Shown: positions 18,664 through 29,060 of the stretch, piece after piece | Numbering within the stretch: the stretch's first letter is position 1 | Layout of the letters: the number at the start of each line of letters is the position of its first letter | Assembly: GCA_963827755.1 (NCBI GenBank) | Contig: CAWHCQ010000004.1 | Coordinates: 1-64,000 of the forward strand | Source of the DNA: an uncultured Gammaproteobacteria bacterium | GTDB taxonomy: Bacteria; Pseudomonadota; Gammaproteobacteria; UBA9214 | DNA length: 64,000 nt | Direction: 5' to 3' | Notes under the pieces: generated by a model | What the model saw: only the letters and a program-made list of their open reading frames with translations | What the model was told of the DNA's origin: nothing | The model's database searches: none | Program-made: the position numbers and the translations under genes

Positions 18664-19365
18664 ATGCAACGCAAGATTCGACTGCTGGTCGTTGAAGACG
18701 AGGCGGCCATCCGTGCCGGGCTGATCGATGTGCTTGTCTACCACGGTTACGACGTGGAGTTTGCGGCCGACGGACCAATGGGCCTGGACATGGCGCTGAG
18801 CGGACGTTTCGACCTGATCCTGCTGGACGTCATGCTGCCGGGCATGAATGGCTTCGAGATCTGCAACCGTATCCGTGCAAAGGACCGCGACCAGCCGGTC
18901 ATCATGCTGACGGCCAAGGACACGGATGAGGACATCATCCAGGGTTTGTCGCTGGGCGCCGACGATTATGTGGCCAAGCCATTCTCGGTGGCGCAACTGG
19001 TGCTGCGGGTGCAGGCCGTGCTGCGCCGCTCACGTATCGGTGCAGAACAGAATGCCACGCTCCGGCTGGGTGAAGACGTCGAGGTCGATTGCCGTAACCT
19101 CCAGGGCCAGCGGGGTGATGAGGTCTTGTCATTTACCCGCCGCGAGGTGGAGATGCTGCAGTACCTGCACATGAATTCCGACCGGCCGGTTTCCCGCAAC
19201 GAGTTGCTGACGAAGGTCTGGGGTTATGGACGCAATCTCGATATTGAAACCCGGACTGTTGATATTCATATTGCGAAGCTGCGGCGCAAGATTGAACCGG
19301 ACCCGGCCAGGCCGCGTTACCTGGTCACCGTGCGCGGTGCGGGCTATCGGCTGCTGGCGGAATGA
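18664..19365 (+). CDS. OmpR-family response regulator
   Basis: LVVEDE, LLDVMLP, MLTAK, GADDYVAKPF, TRTVDIHIAKLRRKIE, TVRGAGY. Confidence 0.95.
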   Translation: MQRKIRLLVVEDEAAIRAGLIDVLVYHGYDVEFAADGPMGLDMALSGRFDLILLDVMLPGMNGFEICNRIRAKDRDQPVIMLTAKDTDEDIIQGLSLGADDYVAKPFSVAQLVLRVQAVLRRSRIGAEQNATLRLGEDVEVDCRNLQGQRGDEVLSFTRREVEMLQYLHMNSDRPVSRNELLTKVWGYGRNLDIETRTVDIHIAKLRRKIEPDPARPRYLVTVRGAGYRLLAE

Positions 19366-19389
19366 CCGGCATTAATAGACAGTGCGGCT

Positions 19390-21537
19390 ATGTTTAGCAC
19401 CCCGCTCACAGGACTTGACCGGAAAAGTCTGCGGCGCTGGCTGGTGTTGTTTTTTCTTGCGCTGGCCGTGCCGACCGGGATCCTCGTCTACCAGGCCTAC
19501 AGCCAGTTGAAGTGGGAGGTCTTTCACCAGCACCGGCTACTGGCCGAAGAACTGGTCGCGCGCATCGATGCCCGACTCGTTGACTTGATCAATGTCGAAG
19601 AGGCGCGCTCGTTTGCCGATTATGCCTTCCTCAATGTTGCCGGTGATCCGGCCGCCAACTTTCTGCAGCGCTCACCGCTGTCGGCCTATCCGCATGGCTC
19701 ATCCATTCCCGGGCTGGTCGGTTACTTTCAGGTCGACACCGATGGTGAATTCACCACACCGCTGCTGCCGCCGGCGGGAACAGCGGCGTCGAGCTACGGT
19801 ATTTCTGCCGCGGAACTGGAAAAGCGACTGGCCCTGCAGCTGAAAATAGAGCAGATCCTCAGTCGCAACGCCCTGGTGCAGGAGGGCAAGACCGGGAGGG
19901 TAACGGGCGGGAAGGCTGTTACGGATGCACTGCATGCAAGCGAAACACGCCGGGACAGGCAAGCGGGTCGGGTCGCCCCGTTGGTTACCGGGGACAAGGA
20001 CGCAACGCAGCCGCGCGCACTGGATGACCGTACCGTCATGGCGAGTGCTGAAATGGCGGAAGAACAGGTTGCGGGTCAGGCCGCCTTCGACCGGCTCAAC
20101 AAGGCCGCTGCCCCCCGTGAACCGGAGAGGAAACCGCAGGCCGCCAGCACCCTTGGGCGTGTCAAGGACCTGAAACTGGATTACCGCTATCAGTCCGGGT
20201 CAGTCGATGAAGTCCAGCGCCAGGCGGGCAGGGTACCCGTCGCCGGCAAACGCGCGCGCAAGGAACGTGCTGCCTTGCCGGAAACGGCGGATGAATCCGG
20301 CGCCGCGTTTTTCGAAGGCATGCGCGAGGCCGATGCCCCGGCGCTAACACGACCCAAAAGCGACATCCGCATCCGTACCTTTGAGAGCGAGATCGATCCG
20401 TTCGAATTCAGCATGCTGGACAGCGGTCAATTTGTACTGTTCCGCAAGGTCTGGCGTGACGGACAGCGTTACATACAGGGTGCATTGATCGAGCAGCAGC
20501 CGTTTATCCAGGGCCTGATCGAAACGATGTTCCTCGACACCGCGCTGTCAGGCATGAGCGACCTGCTGGTCGCCTGGCGGGGTGACGTGTTCTCGGCCTA
20601 CAGTGGACGGGCGGCGCGCGACTATCTCGCCAGCACCGAGGCATTGCGCGGCACGCTGCTCTACCAGGGGCGCCTGTCCGCGCCGTTGAGTGATATGGAG
20701 TTGATCCTGAGCATCAAGCAGCTGCCGGCAGGGCCCGGCGGGCGGGTGATCAGCTGGCTTGCGGCTATATTGTTACTGGTGTTGTGTGGCGGCTTTTACC
20801 TGATGTACCGGCTGGGAGCAGGGCAGATCGACCTGACGCGCCAGCAGCAGGACTTCGTCTCCGCCGTCAGTCACGAACTGAAGACCCCGCTGACCTCGAT
20901 CCGCATGTACGGCGAGATGCTGCGCGAGGGCTGGGCCAGTGAAGAAAAGAAAAAGACCTACTACGATTATATCTTTGATGAAAGTGAGCGCCTGTCACGC
21001 CTGATCAGCAATGTACTTCAGCTGGCGCGCATGACCCGCAACAAGCTGCAGGTCGAGACCAAACCGGTGAGCGTGGCCGAGCTGATGGATGGCATCCGCT
21101 CCAGGGTTGCTTCACAGATCGAACGTGCGGGCTTTGAACTGAACATGCGCTGCGACCCGCAAGCAGGGCAGGCCATCATCCAGGCCGATCCGGACGGCTT
21201 TACCCAGATATTTATCAACCTGGTGGACAACGCCATCAAGTTCTCCGCCAGTGCAGAACAAAAAGTCATCGACATCGGCTGTGAGCGGCTGCGCGACGGC
21301 AGTGTGCAGTTCAGCGTGCGGGATTACGGCCCCGGGATACCCGCGGACCAGATGAAAAAGATTTTCAAATTGTTCTACCGTTCGGAAAATGAACTCACCC
21401 GCGAGACCGTTGGTACCGGTATCGGCCTGGCACTGGTGCATCAGCTTGCCCGGGCCATGGGTGGCCGGGTGGATGTTGTCAACCGCGAACCCGGCGCGGA
21501 ATTCCGGGTGAGCATCGACGGGGCCAGGCACGATTGA
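19390..21537 (+). CDS. Sensor histidine kinase with large periplasmic domain
   Basis: Two TM helices; SHELKTPLTSIR (H box), NLVDNAIKF, DYGPGI, GTGIGL. Confidence 0.93.
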   Translation: MFSTPLTGLDRKSLRRWLVLFFLALAVPTGILVYQAYSQLKWEVFHQHRLLAEELVARIDARLVDLINVEEARSFADYAFLNVAGDPAANFLQRSPLSAYPHGSSIPGLVGYFQVDTDGEFTTPLLPPAGTAASSYGISAAELEKRLALQLKIEQILSRNALVQEGKTGRVTGGKAVTDALHASETRRDRQAGRVAPLVTGDKDATQPRALDDRTVMASAEMAEEQVAGQAAFDRLNKAAAPREPERKPQAASTLGRVKDLKLDYRYQSGSVDEVQRQAGRVPVAGKRARKERAALPETADESGAAFFEGMREADAPALTRPKSDIRIRTFESEIDPFEFSMLDSGQFVLFRKVWRDGQRYIQGALIEQQPFIQGLIETMFLDTALSGMSDLLVAWRGDVFSAYSGRAARDYLASTEALRGTLLYQGRLSAPLSDMELILSIKQLPAGPGGRVISWLAAILLLVLCGGFYLMYRLGAGQIDLTRQQQDFVSAVSHELKTPLTSIRMYGEMLREGWASEEKKKTYYDYIFDESERLSRLISNVLQLARMTRNKLQVETKPVSVAELMDGIRSRVASQIERAGFELNMRCDPQAGQAIIQADPDGFTQIFINLVDNAIKFSASAEQKVIDIGCERLRDGSVQFSVRDYGPGIPADQMKKIFKLFYRSENELTRETVGTGIGLALVHQLARAMGGRVDVVNREPGAEFRVSIDGARHD

Positions 21538-21657
21538 GTCGATGATCGTTTGAGGTATCAATGGTTGTCTTTTATGCCGACTTTCTTCTGTAAATCACAC
21601 CGCCACATGAATACAATGATCCGACCCCTGAAAAACCGGCACCTGCGTTTTTACAGC

Positions 21658-22665
21658 ATGAATAGAAACCTCATATCATTCCTCTTCCTCCTGCTTGCGA
21701 TTGCAGCAAGCCCCGTCCTGCGTGCTGCTTCCATTGATGAGGTCAGGCAATCTGCCGAACAGGGAGATGCTGAAAGCCAGTTCACCCTGGCGCAGAAGTA
21801 CGCAGCGGGCAAAGATGTCAAACAGGACTTCACCAGGGCTGCGGACTGGTTTCGCAAGGCGGCGCAGCAGGGGCATCAAAAGGCGCAGACGAACCTGGGC
21901 AATCTCTACCGGACGGGCACGGGCGTTGACAGGGACTACGGTGCGGCGATGCGCTGGTACCGCAAGGCGGCCGACCAGGGAGACACCCGGGCACAGATCA
22001 ACGTTGCCATGATGTACGCCCGCGGCACGGGCGTGGACAAGGATGAGGCCGAAGGCCTGAAATGGCTGCAGAAGGCGGCCACTGCGGGCGACACCCGGGC
22101 CATGGTCCACCTGGGAACCATGTACAGGGCGGGCAAGGGCGTCGGGAAAGACCATGGAAAGTCTATCCAGTGGTTTCAGCTGGCCGCCGCCAAGGGCGAT
22201 ACGGTTGCCCAGCATAACCTGGGTCTCGGTTATTTCAGTGGCAAGGGCACCCGCAAGGATGACGCCGAGTCGGTCCGCTGGCACCGCAAGGCCGCGCAGA
22301 AGAATTATCCACCCGCCGAGTACAGCATGGGTCTGCGCTATGCCGGGGGCAACGGTGTCGGGCAGGACTACAGCGAGGCGGCGAAGTGGTACGGCAAGGC
22401 GGCCGGGCACGGCCATGCCAGTGCGCAGAACAACCTGGGCCTGCTGTACCGCAAAGGCCAGGGTGTCGGCCAGGATTATGGCGAGGCAATGCAGTGGTTT
22501 CGCAAGGCCGCGGAGCGCGGCCATCCCCGGGCCCAGTACAACCTGGGAAACATGTACCTGAAGGGGCAGGGCGTCAACAAAGATCCGGAGAAGGCCAGGC
22601 AATGGTTTTCCCGGGCGGCGAAGGCCGGGCACAAGGCTTCCATCAAGGCGCTGGATGCACTCTAG
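21658..22665 (+). CDS. Secreted Sel1-like repeat protein
   Basis: Signal peptide; about 8 repeats of AQ.NLG.MY..G.GV..D...A..W..KAA.QG. Confidence 0.93.
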   Translation: MNRNLISFLFLLLAIAASPVLRAASIDEVRQSAEQGDAESQFTLAQKYAAGKDVKQDFTRAADWFRKAAQQGHQKAQTNLGNLYRTGTGVDRDYGAAMRWYRKAADQGDTRAQINVAMMYARGTGVDKDEAEGLKWLQKAATAGDTRAMVHLGTMYRAGKGVGKDHGKSIQWFQLAAAKGDTVAQHNLGLGYFSGKGTRKDDAESVRWHRKAAQKNYPPAEYSMGLRYAGGNGVGQDYSEAAKWYGKAAGHGHASAQNNLGLLYRKGQGVGQDYGEAMQWFRKAAERGHPRAQYNLGNMYLKGQGVNKDPEKARQWFSRAAKAGHKASIKALDAL

Positions 22666-22723
22666 GCAATCACACTTATAGCGGCCGGCAAGAATTGCGT
22701 ACGATAACGGGTGATAGCGTTTT

Positions 22724-23612
22724 TTAACGTGAAAGCGCTCGCATGCGCGTCATTCTTTTTTTGCGACTGTCCGCCAGTTCGCGTTGCGTGCTGACCTCTT
22801 GTTCAGACAGTCGATTGAAGGTCTGCAGGTATTCCTTGTATTTTTCGGAGTCGGTGTCCATCTCGAACACAAGCTGCCCGTTCGACACCTCGTAGGGCGT
22901 GCGCTCCAGGAATTCGAGATATTCGACGCCCTGCTGCGATACCTCGATCACGATGTCGAAATATTCCCGGGACAAGGCCCCGTCGATTTCATAGGTGTTA
23001 TTGAATTCCTGAACGGCCTGCCGTCTTTCATCCTGCGGCAGATCGAGTTGCTCAACCCCGGACTTCATTTTCGCGAGTATCTCCGTTTGCTTCTTCTTGT
23101 GCTCCCGAAACAGTTGACCGTAATCCTCGAGTTGGACAATGGCGGCAGGAAAATGTGATTTGTCTTCCAGGAATTCAGTATCGAACAGGGGTGGAATTCG
23201 AACCGTGGCAACCTTGCTGGCCAGTTCCGTGTCCAGTTGCCGGGAGTCCCTCACGAACCGGGACTGCAGTGTCAGGATTGCAGAGGGTCTGCCCGGTTCG
23301 TCTTGCAACCAGGTATGCCTGATCGATCCGCGCCTCCTTCTGGTTCTGATAGTTCCCGAAGAAATTAACGCCGGCCACGAGCACCCAGATGCCCCACATG
23401 ACCTGAAACAGGTTCGGCATGTCTTTGCGCGTATATACGTGGTGGATTCCCGCCACGACCAGCGTAAGGATACCGGTGAAGACCACCACCGGGACTACGA
23501 TCCCCAGCAGGTACCCGACCAGGAAGGGTAGTGTGAACGGACCGTCATTCAGCATGGCCGTGGCTATGGCAAGCATGAAACTGGCGACGATAAGGGGTAC
23601 GATGTGCTTCAT
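22724..23612 (-). pseudogene. Hypothetical membrane protein split by a frameshift near 23310 (error or pseudogene)
   Basis: TM-rich ORF from ATG 23612 (to ...EARIDQAYL) continues in another frame as the helical ORF 22724-23308, which has only a TTG start. Confidence 0.55.
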
Positions 23613-23838
23613 CTGTAATCCAGTCAGTGACGGGTGACCGCTGTATACGTACTCAACAACACGCACGTGTCCTGTGTCAAGCGTGCTACCGCCCGGTCCC
23701 GTCGAATGAAACCGGGCTGGTAAACCGATTATTGACCGGACGCAGGCACAAACCTCTGGAAGACTGGAAAAGCCTGAAGCCGGCTTTACTCCCGGCCGGG
23801 TACTGTAATCCAGTCATTGGGAAACGATTATCGGACCG

Positions 23839-25995
23839 ATGCGCAGGCTTTGCTTTCTATTGCTGGCAACATTGTTGTTGCCCCTTTCTGTTTATGGCGC
23901 CACTGAAGAAGAAATTCGGATCGGCGTCCTCAGTCACCGGGGGGAGACCTCTACCTTCTTCGTCTGGAACCCTACGGCGGATTACCTCTCTGCCACGCTG
24001 GACGGCTATAAATTCACGATCGTACCGCTTGCCTTTGACCGGGTGAATGGAACGGTGGATACCGGCGCCGTCGATTTCATCCTGGTGAACCCCGGAATCT
24101 ACGTTAATCTCGAGGTACAGTACCGGGTCTCGCGTATTGCCACCATGAACAACAGACGCGGGAGCAACGTCCCATACAACATCTTCGGCGGGGTAATATT
24201 CTCGCGCCGGGACCGGCTCGACCTGAAGAGCCTGGAGTCTCTTCGCAACAAGCGCTTCATGGCGGTCGATGAAACGTCGCTGGGTGGATTTCAGATGGCC
24301 TGGCGGGAACTCAACGCCAGCGGCATCAATCCGTATAAGGATTTCTCCGCACTGATATTCGGCGGCATCCACGATGATGTGGTCCTTGCCGTGCTCAACG
24401 GGGATGTCGATGCCGGTACGGTGCGGACCGATATCCTGGAACGTATGGCCGCAGCCGGTACCGTGCAACTGGACGATTTTCGCATCATCAACCCGCAAAC
24501 CGACACCGAATTTCCCTTTGCCCACAGCACGCGCCTGTATCCCGAATGGCCGTTCAGCAAGGTCCGGCATACGTCGAATGATCTCGCCCAGCAGGTGGCG
24601 ATCGCCCTGCTGCAGATGCCGGGCGATCACCCGGCGGCGCTGACGGGTAACTATGCGGGCTGGACCATCCCGCTGGATTACGAGCCCGTGCACGAGTTGT
24701 TTCGCGAACTGAATCTGCCGCCGTATCATCTCCCCACGAGGTTCACTCTGTGGGACGCAGTCAAGCGTTACTGGTACTGGTTGGTATTCGGGACAGCCGT
24801 CCTGCTCTTCCTGGGGATCGTGACCTTGTGGGAGACGCGGCTTAACAAACGCCTGAAGATGGCCAAGCTGCAACTGGAACTGCGGCATGAACTGATCCTG
24901 AATTCGGTAGCCGACGGAATCTATGGCGTGGATCTGTCCGGAAATTCCACTTTCGTCAACCGGGCGATGGAGAAAATCACCGGCTGGCAGGCAGAAGAGA
25001 TCATCGGTAAAAACCAGCATAAAATTCTGCACCATACCCGCGCGGACGGTAGCCGTCATCCCGCGGAGGATTGTCCGGTGTACGCCACCTTTCGGGACAA
25101 TTCCCCGCGTTTTGTCGAGGATGACCTGTTCTGGAAAAAGGACGGAACCAGCTTTCCGGTAGAGTACACTTGTACACCCATGCGCACCGAAAACGGGACC
25201 GTCATTGGAAGTGTGGTCGTGTTTCGGGATATTACGGAACGCAAGGATGCGGAGGAAAGGACCCTGCAACACCAGCTGCAACTGTCCCATGTTGCGCGCC
25301 TCAGCACCCTGGGTGAAATGGCCTCGGGTATCGCCCACGAATTAAATCAGCCGCTCACCGCCATTGCGATGAACGCCCGCGCCTGTGTACGCATGCTCGA
25401 CTCCAGCCAGGGGGCGGTCGAAGCCTGTCCCGATGTGATGGAGACGATCGCCAATGAGGCGCAGCGCGCGGGGGAGGTAATCCGCCAGATCCGCCACTTT
25501 ATTCGCAAGGATCAACCGGAACGCCTGCCGGTACGCGTCAGCGACATGGTGCGCGAAGTGCTGTTGCTGATACGGGCCGACGTCCGGCAGGCGGGCGTTC
25601 AGGTGAAGCTCGAGCTGGATCCGACTGCGGACCGGGTGCTCGCCCAGGACATCCAGATCGAACAGGTTATGCTTAATCTGGTGCTCAATGCAATCGAGGC
25701 CATGGCCGAGATGGCACCGGGAGTCCGGCGGCTGGTCATCGGCAGTAAATTGAAAGGCCCGGATATGGTGGAAATCAGCGTCAGCGATACTGGTCCCGGG
25801 CTGAGTGATGATGTAAGTCAGCGCCTTTTTACGCCATTTGTCACCACCAAGCCACAGGGGCTCGGGCTCGGCCTTTCAATCAGCAGCGGAATCATCGAGG
25901 CGCACGACAGCACGCTGACGGTGAAATCCAGGTCGGGCAAGGGGGCGACATTCAGTTTCACTTTGCCGTTGTACAGAGGGGAGAAGGAGGTATGA
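23839..25995 (+). CDS. TtrS-like sensor kinase: PhnD-type periplasmic binding domain, PAS, histidine kinase
   Basis: IGVLSHRG, W.PTADYL, SLGGF, HDDVV.AV, VRTDILERM, LYPEWPF, WTIPLDY; PAS (KDGTSFPVEY); AHELNQPL. Confidence 0.88.
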   Translation: MRRLCFLLLATLLLPLSVYGATEEEIRIGVLSHRGETSTFFVWNPTADYLSATLDGYKFTIVPLAFDRVNGTVDTGAVDFILVNPGIYVNLEVQYRVSRIATMNNRRGSNVPYNIFGGVIFSRRDRLDLKSLESLRNKRFMAVDETSLGGFQMAWRELNASGINPYKDFSALIFGGIHDDVVLAVLNGDVDAGTVRTDILERMAAAGTVQLDDFRIINPQTDTEFPFAHSTRLYPEWPFSKVRHTSNDLAQQVAIALLQMPGDHPAALTGNYAGWTIPLDYEPVHELFRELNLPPYHLPTRFTLWDAVKRYWYWLVFGTAVLLFLGIVTLWETRLNKRLKMAKLQLELRHELILNSVADGIYGVDLSGNSTFVNRAMEKITGWQAEEIIGKNQHKILHHTRADGSRHPAEDCPVYATFRDNSPRFVEDDLFWKKDGTSFPVEYTCTPMRTENGTVIGSVVVFRDITERKDAEERTLQHQLQLSHVARLSTLGEMASGIAHELNQPLTAIAMNARACVRMLDSSQGAVEACPDVMETIANEAQRAGEVIRQIRHFIRKDQPERLPVRVSDMVREVLLLIRADVRQAGVQVKLELDPTADRVLAQDIQIEQVMLNLVLNAIEAMAEMAPGVRRLVIGSKLKGPDMVEISVSDTGPGLSDDVSQRLFTPFVTTKPQGLGLGLSISSGIIEAHDSTLTVKSRSGKGATFSFTLPLYRGEKEV

Positions 25996-26600
25996 ATGCA
26001 GAGCTGACAGTCTTTGTGGTGGATGACGACGAAGAGGTCCGTAATGCCATGAAGCTGTTAATGAATTCAGTCGGACTCGCGGTGGAAACTTTCGCATCAG
26101 CAGAGGAATATCTCGCCCAGTTTGATCCTGCACGGCCTGGCTGTCTGCTGCTGGATATCCGTATGAAAGGCATGAGTGGCCTTGAGGTGCAGGAGCGGCT
26201 CGCCCTCGAGGAAATTCAGCCGCCGATTATTATCATCACCGGCCACGGCGATGTTCCGATGGCAGTACGCACCGTCAAGGCGGGAGCGGTCGACTTCATC
26301 GAGAAACCGTTCAACGAACAGGTGCTGCTGGACAGTGTCCATCGCGCCATCGAGCTGGATGGGGAACATCGTGGCCGGGTAATGCAACTGGCAGATATCA
26401 GCGCCCGTCTGGAATGCCTGACGCCGCGGGAACGCGAGATTCTCGAGCTGGTGGTTGCCGGCAAACGCAACAAGGTGATTGCCGGCGAGTTGGGCATCAG
26501 CCAGTCCACGGTGGAAGCCCACCGGTCCAAGGTCATGGAAAAGATGCAGGCCAAGTCGCTGTCCGATCTGATGCGGATGATGTTGTCCCTGCAGGCCTAG
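25992..26600 (+). CDS. FixJ/TtrR-family response regulator
   Basis: VVDDD, LLDIRM, ITGHGDVPMAV, GAVDFIEKP, LTPRE, NKVIA..LGIS..TVE.HR; ATGA overlap. Confidence 0.93.
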   Translation: MNAELTVFVVDDDEEVRNAMKLLMNSVGLAVETFASAEEYLAQFDPARPGCLLLDIRMKGMSGLEVQERLALEEIQPPIIIITGHGDVPMAVRTVKAGAVDFIEKPFNEQVLLDSVHRAIELDGEHRGRVMQLADISARLECLTPREREILELVVAGKRNKVIAGELGISQSTVEAHRSKVMEKMQAKSLSDLMRMMLSLQA

Positions 26601-26850
26601 CCCGCCGGAAACCCGGGCTGGAAGGGTGGTGTTTTGTCTATAATTGTTCTCTAATCCACCCTGTCCTCCGATTGAGTGCAGTTTTTACTACACTGATGCA
26701 AAGTTCGCATATGGGTGATATTGTCAGCAGCCAGGAGCCGCTGGTGGACGGAAAAATTGTGCACGCGCGGGAGACTCTCGGCAAAGCCGCTCTTGTGGAG
26801 AAAAAAACCGTTATTAATGAATTAACGATCAGTTTAATCAGGAGACCGTC

Positions 26851-27417
26851 ATGAGAAATATTGTTCTGTCGATTATTGGATTGAGCCTCGTCGCCTGCCA
26901 GCCGGCATCAACCGAAGATCTCGACCAGCGCACAGCCGAGAGCCGTGCGGTCACCATGGAATTCATGACGATGCTGAAAGGTGAGCTCCAGTCCGCGATG
27001 AAGGCCGGCGGACCCGTAAATGCGATTCAGGTCTGCAACACGCGTGCGCCGGAGATCGCAGCCGGCTTCTCTGCGCAAAAGGGCTGGACGGTTGCACGGA
27101 CCAGTCTCAAATACCGCAATCCGGACAATGCACCGGACGCATGGGAGCGCACGGTCCTGGAACAGTTTGAGGAGCGCAAGGCCAACGGTGAGGACCCGAA
27201 ACAGATGGTCTACGCCGACGTGGTCAAGGAAGGCGGGACGAAAAAATTTCGTTTTATGAAAGCCATCCCCACCGGCCCCGTCTGCCTGGCCTGTCATGGT
27301 GAAACAATCGATACCGCCGTCGAGGCCAGGATTCAGGAACTCTATCCGGAGGATCGTGCTCGTGGCTACAATGCCGGCGACATTCGCGGTGCCTTCACCA
27401 TCACACAACCGATGTGA
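26851..27417 (+). CDS. DUF3365/Tll0287-like c-type heme lipoprotein
   Basis: Lipobox LVAC; AIQVC, RTSLKYRNPDNAPD.WE, FMKAIP, CLACH, YP.D.A.GY..GDIRGAF. Confidence 0.88.
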   Translation: MRNIVLSIIGLSLVACQPASTEDLDQRTAESRAVTMEFMTMLKGELQSAMKAGGPVNAIQVCNTRAPEIAAGFSAQKGWTVARTSLKYRNPDNAPDAWERTVLEQFEERKANGEDPKQMVYADVVKEGGTKKFRFMKAIPTGPVCLACHGETIDTAVEARIQELYPEDRARGYNAGDIRGAFTITQPM

Positions 27418-27449
27418 TGTTCGGCCCGTTGCAAGCGATGACAAAGATT

Positions 27450-27473
27450 GCCCGGCACTGCCGGGCTTTTTTT
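27450..27473 (+). terminator. Intrinsic terminator
   Basis: GCCCGGC/GCCGGGC stem followed by T7. Confidence 0.75.
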
Positions 27474-27944
27474 ATTCTGCTACTGCGCCTGGTCAGCGGG
27501 ACGGCGGCAGGTATGAAATGGATGAAGGTTGCGCCATTCCAATGTCGTATGTCAGGCATTAGAAAAACAGCAAATTACTATAGTCCAATAAACTGAAAAC
27601 GCCGCTTCAATACCTGCATCACCGCCTGTGTGAGAACAACAAGCGGGGTGGCGTCGCGCACCATGCCCATTGACACTCAATACTCTCCCTGATTTTTATA
27701 ACCATTTACCCCAATTGATTGTCGGGAACAAGTGGCGTAAAAGTTACATCTATCCTGCTGTAATAAATTTGTAATAATTCAACTAGGATAAGTCCAGGGA
27801 TACAGAGGTACCGGAAGATCCGATAAAAAACAGATTTGCATTACGTAGGGGGCACGCGTAACGACAGGGCGTCACACCGGGTAAATGATGTGACAAACAG
27901 AAGTGCGGGGGCGTGAAGAAAAAATCAACTGGAGGATGTGTGAA

Positions 27945-28955
27945 ATGAAACGATCAATAATGTATGTCGTGCGCTGTGTCGTGGTCGCATTGTTCGCCTG
28001 GGGCGGTACTGCCGTGGCGGCGCAATGGGCAAACCCCGAGCTTCTTGTCAGTGCCGATGAACTCAAGAAGGGTATGGAACAGGGCAATTGGGTGGCAGTC
28101 GACTGCCGTGGTCTGAAAGACTATATCGCAGGCCATATACAGGGGGCGATCAGTTTCGGAAATCGCTGCAAGAAGGCACTTCGGGACCCCACCTCGCGGC
28201 TCTTTCGGGACATCTCGAAGTATGAAAAGCTGTTCGGCAAGGTGGGTATCAGTAACGACACCCACGTGGTCTTCTACTATGACGGGCTGGGTACGATGAA
28301 CGATGCCACCATAGGCTTCTGGGTCATGGAGTATCTCGGCCATGACAAGGCGCATGTCCTCAATGGCGGCGTTGACGCCTGGCGCAAGGCCGGCAACCGG
28401 CTGGATAACAAACCAGTCAAGTTGCAGGCAGCCACTTTCAAGGCCAATGTCATGCATAACCGTTACGCCGGCACGGATGAGATACTCGAGATTGCCAACG
28501 GCGAGAAGCCGGACACGCAACTCCTCGACTCAAGATCAGAGAAAGAGCATCAAGGCAAGGACATCCGTGCGCTACGCGGCGGCCATGTGGCGAACACGGC
28601 GCTTAACGTCTCGCACAAAGATACGCTGCTCAAGGAAAAAAACAAAAAGACAGGCAAGATGGAGGTCGTTGCCTACCTCGATGCAGATGCCGCCGCGAAG
28701 GCGTTTGCGCCACTGGACAAGAACAAGCGCGTAGTGGCCCACTGCCAGACAGGTACCCGCTCGACCCTGACTTACCTGCAGCTGCGGGCCCTCGGCTTCA
28801 AGGACCCGGCCAACTGGGATGATTCATGGCGCATATACGGCTCCACGCTGGATTTTCCGGTCGAGGACGAGCAGTGGTACAACTTCGACGGCGTGAACAA
28901 GAAGATCAAGAGCCTGGAGAAAAAGGTCACGGCGCTGGAAAAGGCCAAAAAATAG
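27945..28955 (+). CDS. Secreted tandem-domain rhodanese/sulfurtransferase
   Basis: Signal peptide (..GTAVAA); Y..GHI.GA, VLNGG..AW, LDSRS..E, RGGH, active-site HCQTGTRS, WDDSW. Confidence 0.9.
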   Translation: MKRSIMYVVRCVVVALFAWGGTAVAAQWANPELLVSADELKKGMEQGNWVAVDCRGLKDYIAGHIQGAISFGNRCKKALRDPTSRLFRDISKYEKLFGKVGISNDTHVVFYYDGLGTMNDATIGFWVMEYLGHDKAHVLNGGVDAWRKAGNRLDNKPVKLQAATFKANVMHNRYAGTDEILEIANGEKPDTQLLDSRSEKEHQGKDIRALRGGHVANTALNVSHKDTLLKEKNKKTGKMEVVAYLDADAAAKAFAPLDKNKRVVAHCQTGTRSTLTYLQLRALGFKDPANWDDSWRIYGSTLDFPVEDEQWYNFDGVNKKIKSLEKKVTALEKAKK

Positions 28956-28990
28956 ACCTTGTTCATTTTCGTATAGCATCACAAGTCCGG

Positions 28991-29022
28991 GGCCAGGCGG
29001 GATAAATGCATCCCGCCTGGCC
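28991..29022 (+). other. Strong intergenic hairpin without U-tract
   Basis: 13-bp perfect stem GGCCAGGCGGGAT/ATCCCGCCTGGCC just after the rhodanese gene. Confidence 0.6.
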
Positions 29023-29060
29023 AGTGCGGGCCTGGTGCGCCAAATTCCCGGGGGTAAGTT

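Noticed and set aside
21760-22640. 108-bp periodic DNA similarity
   Set aside because: Fully explained by Sel1 protein repeats.
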